The notes under the pieces were generated by a model. That model was not told where the DNA came from. It worked only from the letters and a program-made list of their open reading frames with translations, and ran no database searches. Of a DNA stretch of 32,000 nt, positions 30,353 to 32,000 are shown piece after piece (the first letter of the stretch is position 1; each line of letters opens with the position of its first letter). Made by a program: the position numbers and the translations under genes. Source of the stretch: Alkalilimnicola ehrlichii MLHE-1 (GTDB lineage: Bacteria; Pseudomonadota; Gammaproteobacteria; Nitrococcales; Halorhodospiraceae); NCBI RefSeq assembly GCF_000014785.1, contig NC_008340.1, positions 690,001 through 722,000 on the forward strand, written 5' to 3'.

Positions 30353-30703
30353 GTGACGGCGAAACTCCTGGTGGCGGTCATCGCCGATGAACTGGAAGAG
30401 CGGGCTGTGCGGATCGCGAGGGAAGAGGGGGCCCGCGGGGTCACGATACTCTCCGGTCGCGGTATCGGTTTTCCCGAACGCATCACCTTCTTCGGCCTCA
30501 CCTACCGGGGCCTTACCAAGATCCTCCTTTGGGTGCTGCCCGACGCGGCCGCGGAACTCATCTCCGAGCGCCTCAACCGCGAACTCGACCTGATCAAGCC
30601 CGACCAGGGCCTGGCCTTCGTCCTGCCGGTGAGCGAGACCGGGGGGATCGACGTGGAGGCCATCCGCCGGGAGATCATTGCCGGCACCCGGGCCGACGAT
30701 TGA
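30353..30703 (+). CDS. PII-like (GlnB-family) signalling protein
   Basis: GTG start with AAGGAGAG RBS; TAKLLVAVIADELEERAVRIAREEGARGVTILSGRGIG...KPDQGLAFVLPVSETGGID has PII-like fold features. Confidence 0.75.
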   Translation: MTAKLLVAVIADELEERAVRIAREEGARGVTILSGRGIGFPERITFFGLTYRGLTKILLWVLPDAAAELISERLNRELDLIKPDQGLAFVLPVSETGGIDVEAIRREIIAGTRADD

Positions 30704-30752
30704 CCGTCGACCTTTCCGCTCATCCCACGCGAGCTAAGAAGACAACGAATCA

Positions 30753-32000
30753 GTGAATCAGCTCAAGGAATTTTACGGGATACTCAAGCACGCCTTCCGC
30801 AACCTGCTGCCGATCATTGCGGTGGTGGCCTTCTTCCAGTTCGTGGTGATGCAGGAAGTGCCCGAGGGCATGATGTCCATGGTGCTGGGCCTGGGCATCG
30901 TGGTGCTGGGTGTGGCGCTGTTCCTGCAGGGGCTGGAACTGGGCATCTTTCCCATCGGCAAGAACATCTCCAACGAGTTCGCCAAACGGGGCTCGCTGCC
31001 CCTGCTGATGGTCTTCGGCTTCTGCCTGGGGTTCGCGGCGGTGATCGCCGAACCGGCCCTGATCGCGGTGGCGGATCAGGCGGAGGTGATCAGCGAGGGG
31101 CGGGTGAATGCCTTCACCCTGCGGTTGCTGGTGGCCGGTTCCGTGGGCGCGGTGGTGGCCCTGGGCGTGGTGCGCATCATCCTGGGGCACAGCCTGCACT
31201 GGTACATGATCATCGGCTATATCATCGTGGTTGCCGTCACCTTCTTCTCGCCCGAGGAGATCGTGGGCCTGGCCTACGACTCCGGCGGGGTGACCACCAA
31301 CATCGTCACGGTGCCGCTGATCGCCGCCCTCGGTATCGGGCTGGCGGTCTCCCTGCGCGGGCGCAACGCCCTCACCCACGGCTTTGGCCTGGTGGCGCTG
31401 GCGGTGATGGTGCCCATGATCACCGTGCAGCTCTACGGCATCATGGTCTACACCTTCGGCGAGACGGGCGATGTGGCCGCCAATGGGCTGCAGATGGAGG
31501 CCGAGACCGAGGGGGTGGCCGATCCGGTGGCCGGCAGCGTGCTGCTGGGCATGCTCACGGATCTGGGGCTGATGGTGCGGGACGTGTTGCCTATCATCGG
31601 GGTCATCCTGATCTTCCAGTACCTGGTCATCCGCAAGCGCATCGCCCACCTGCACAAGGTCGTCGCCGGCTTCGTGCTGGTCATCGTCGGGCTGTACGCC
31701 TTCGTGGTGGGGCTGAAACTGGGGCTGTTCCCCATCGGCGAGCGCATGGCCGAGCAGCTCATCGCCCTGGAGGGCTTCTTCTGGCTCTACCTCTTCGCCT
31801 TCACCATCGGGTTTGCCACCACCATGGCCGAGCCGGCGCTGATCGCCATCGGCGACAAGGCGGAGGAGGCGGCCAAGGGCAAGCTCAAGGGCAACGTGAT
31901 CCGGCTGCTGGTGGCGGCCGGGGTGGCCATTGGTATCACTATCGGGGTGCACCGGATCATCACCGGCGACTCCATCCACTACTACATCATGGCCGGTTAT
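30753..32000 (+). CDS. DUF1538-type membrane protein with internal tandem duplication (3' end outside window)
   Basis: Not in the ORF track. GTG start; VNQLKEFYGILKHAFRNLLPIIAVVAFFQFVVM...AEPALIAVADQAE...HWYMIIGYIIVV, then a second copy VRDVLPIIGVILIFQYLVI...AEPALIAIGDKAE...HYYIMAGY; open to the last base. Confidence 0.85.
   Translation, partial: MNQLKEFYGILKHAFRNLLPIIAVVAFFQFVVMQEVPEGMMSMVLGLGIVVLGVALFLQGLELGIFPIGKNISNEFAKRGSLPLLMVFGFCLGFAAVIAEPALIAVADQAEVISEGRVNAFTLRLLVAGSVGAVVALGVVRIILGHSLHWYMIIGYIIVVAVTFFSPEEIVGLAYDSGGVTTNIVTVPLIAALGIGLAVSLRGRNALTHGFGLVALAVMVPMITVQLYGIMVYTFGETGDVAANGLQMEAETEGVADPVAGSVLLGMLTDLGLMVRDVLPIIGVILIFQYLVIRKRIAHLHKVVAGFVLVIVGLYAFVVGLKLGLFPIGERMAEQLIALEGFFWLYLFAFTIGFATTMAEPALIAIGDKAEEAAKGKLKGNVIRLLVAAGVAIGITIGVHRIITGDSIHYYIMAGY

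Noticed and set aside
30750-31979. 409-aa minus ORF at the right edge
   Set aside because: Antisense to the duplicated DUF1538 gene, which the ORF track omitted only because it runs off the window.

Overview
GC-rich window, most likely from a gammaproteobacterium (inference from gene content and GC skew of codon usage). It has three parts. (1) 1-~7040: a compact phage-derived or satellite-like element. It contains a DUF3987/primase-like protein (5' end outside the window), several small ORFs, a ParB-C-terminus-like protein with an internal duplication, a large terminase subunit (TerL) and an HK97-type major capsid protein (MCP) only 41 bp further on. No portal, prohead protease, tail, lysis or integrase gene is visible. 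The element abuts the 3' end of a tRNA-Ala(CGC) gene and has three prominent dyad structures (1791-1887, 2083-2203, 3093-3120). (2) 7261-16226, minus strand: an orphan type VI secretion cassette with translational overlaps: vgrG, a DUF4123 chaperone, a 1225-aa LysM + VasX-N-like membrane toxin candidate, and two tandem near-identical membrane proteins (DUF6708-like). The differences between the two copies cluster around the loop between two predicted TM helices. (3) 16380-32000: ordinary chromosomal genes: an MFP-RND-TolC efflux operon, trkH, glgC, a P-type ATPase, a K+/H+ antiporter, and a PII-like protein next to an internally duplicated DUF1538 membrane protein that runs off the window and is missing from the ORF track. 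A perfect 42-bp inverted repeat enclosing further hairpins lies between trkH and glgC. The best candidates for something undescribed are the primase/TerL/MCP mini-element with its nested hairpins, the duplicated T6SS immunity-like genes, and the PII-like/DUF1538 pair. All assignments are from reading the sequence; no database search was run.
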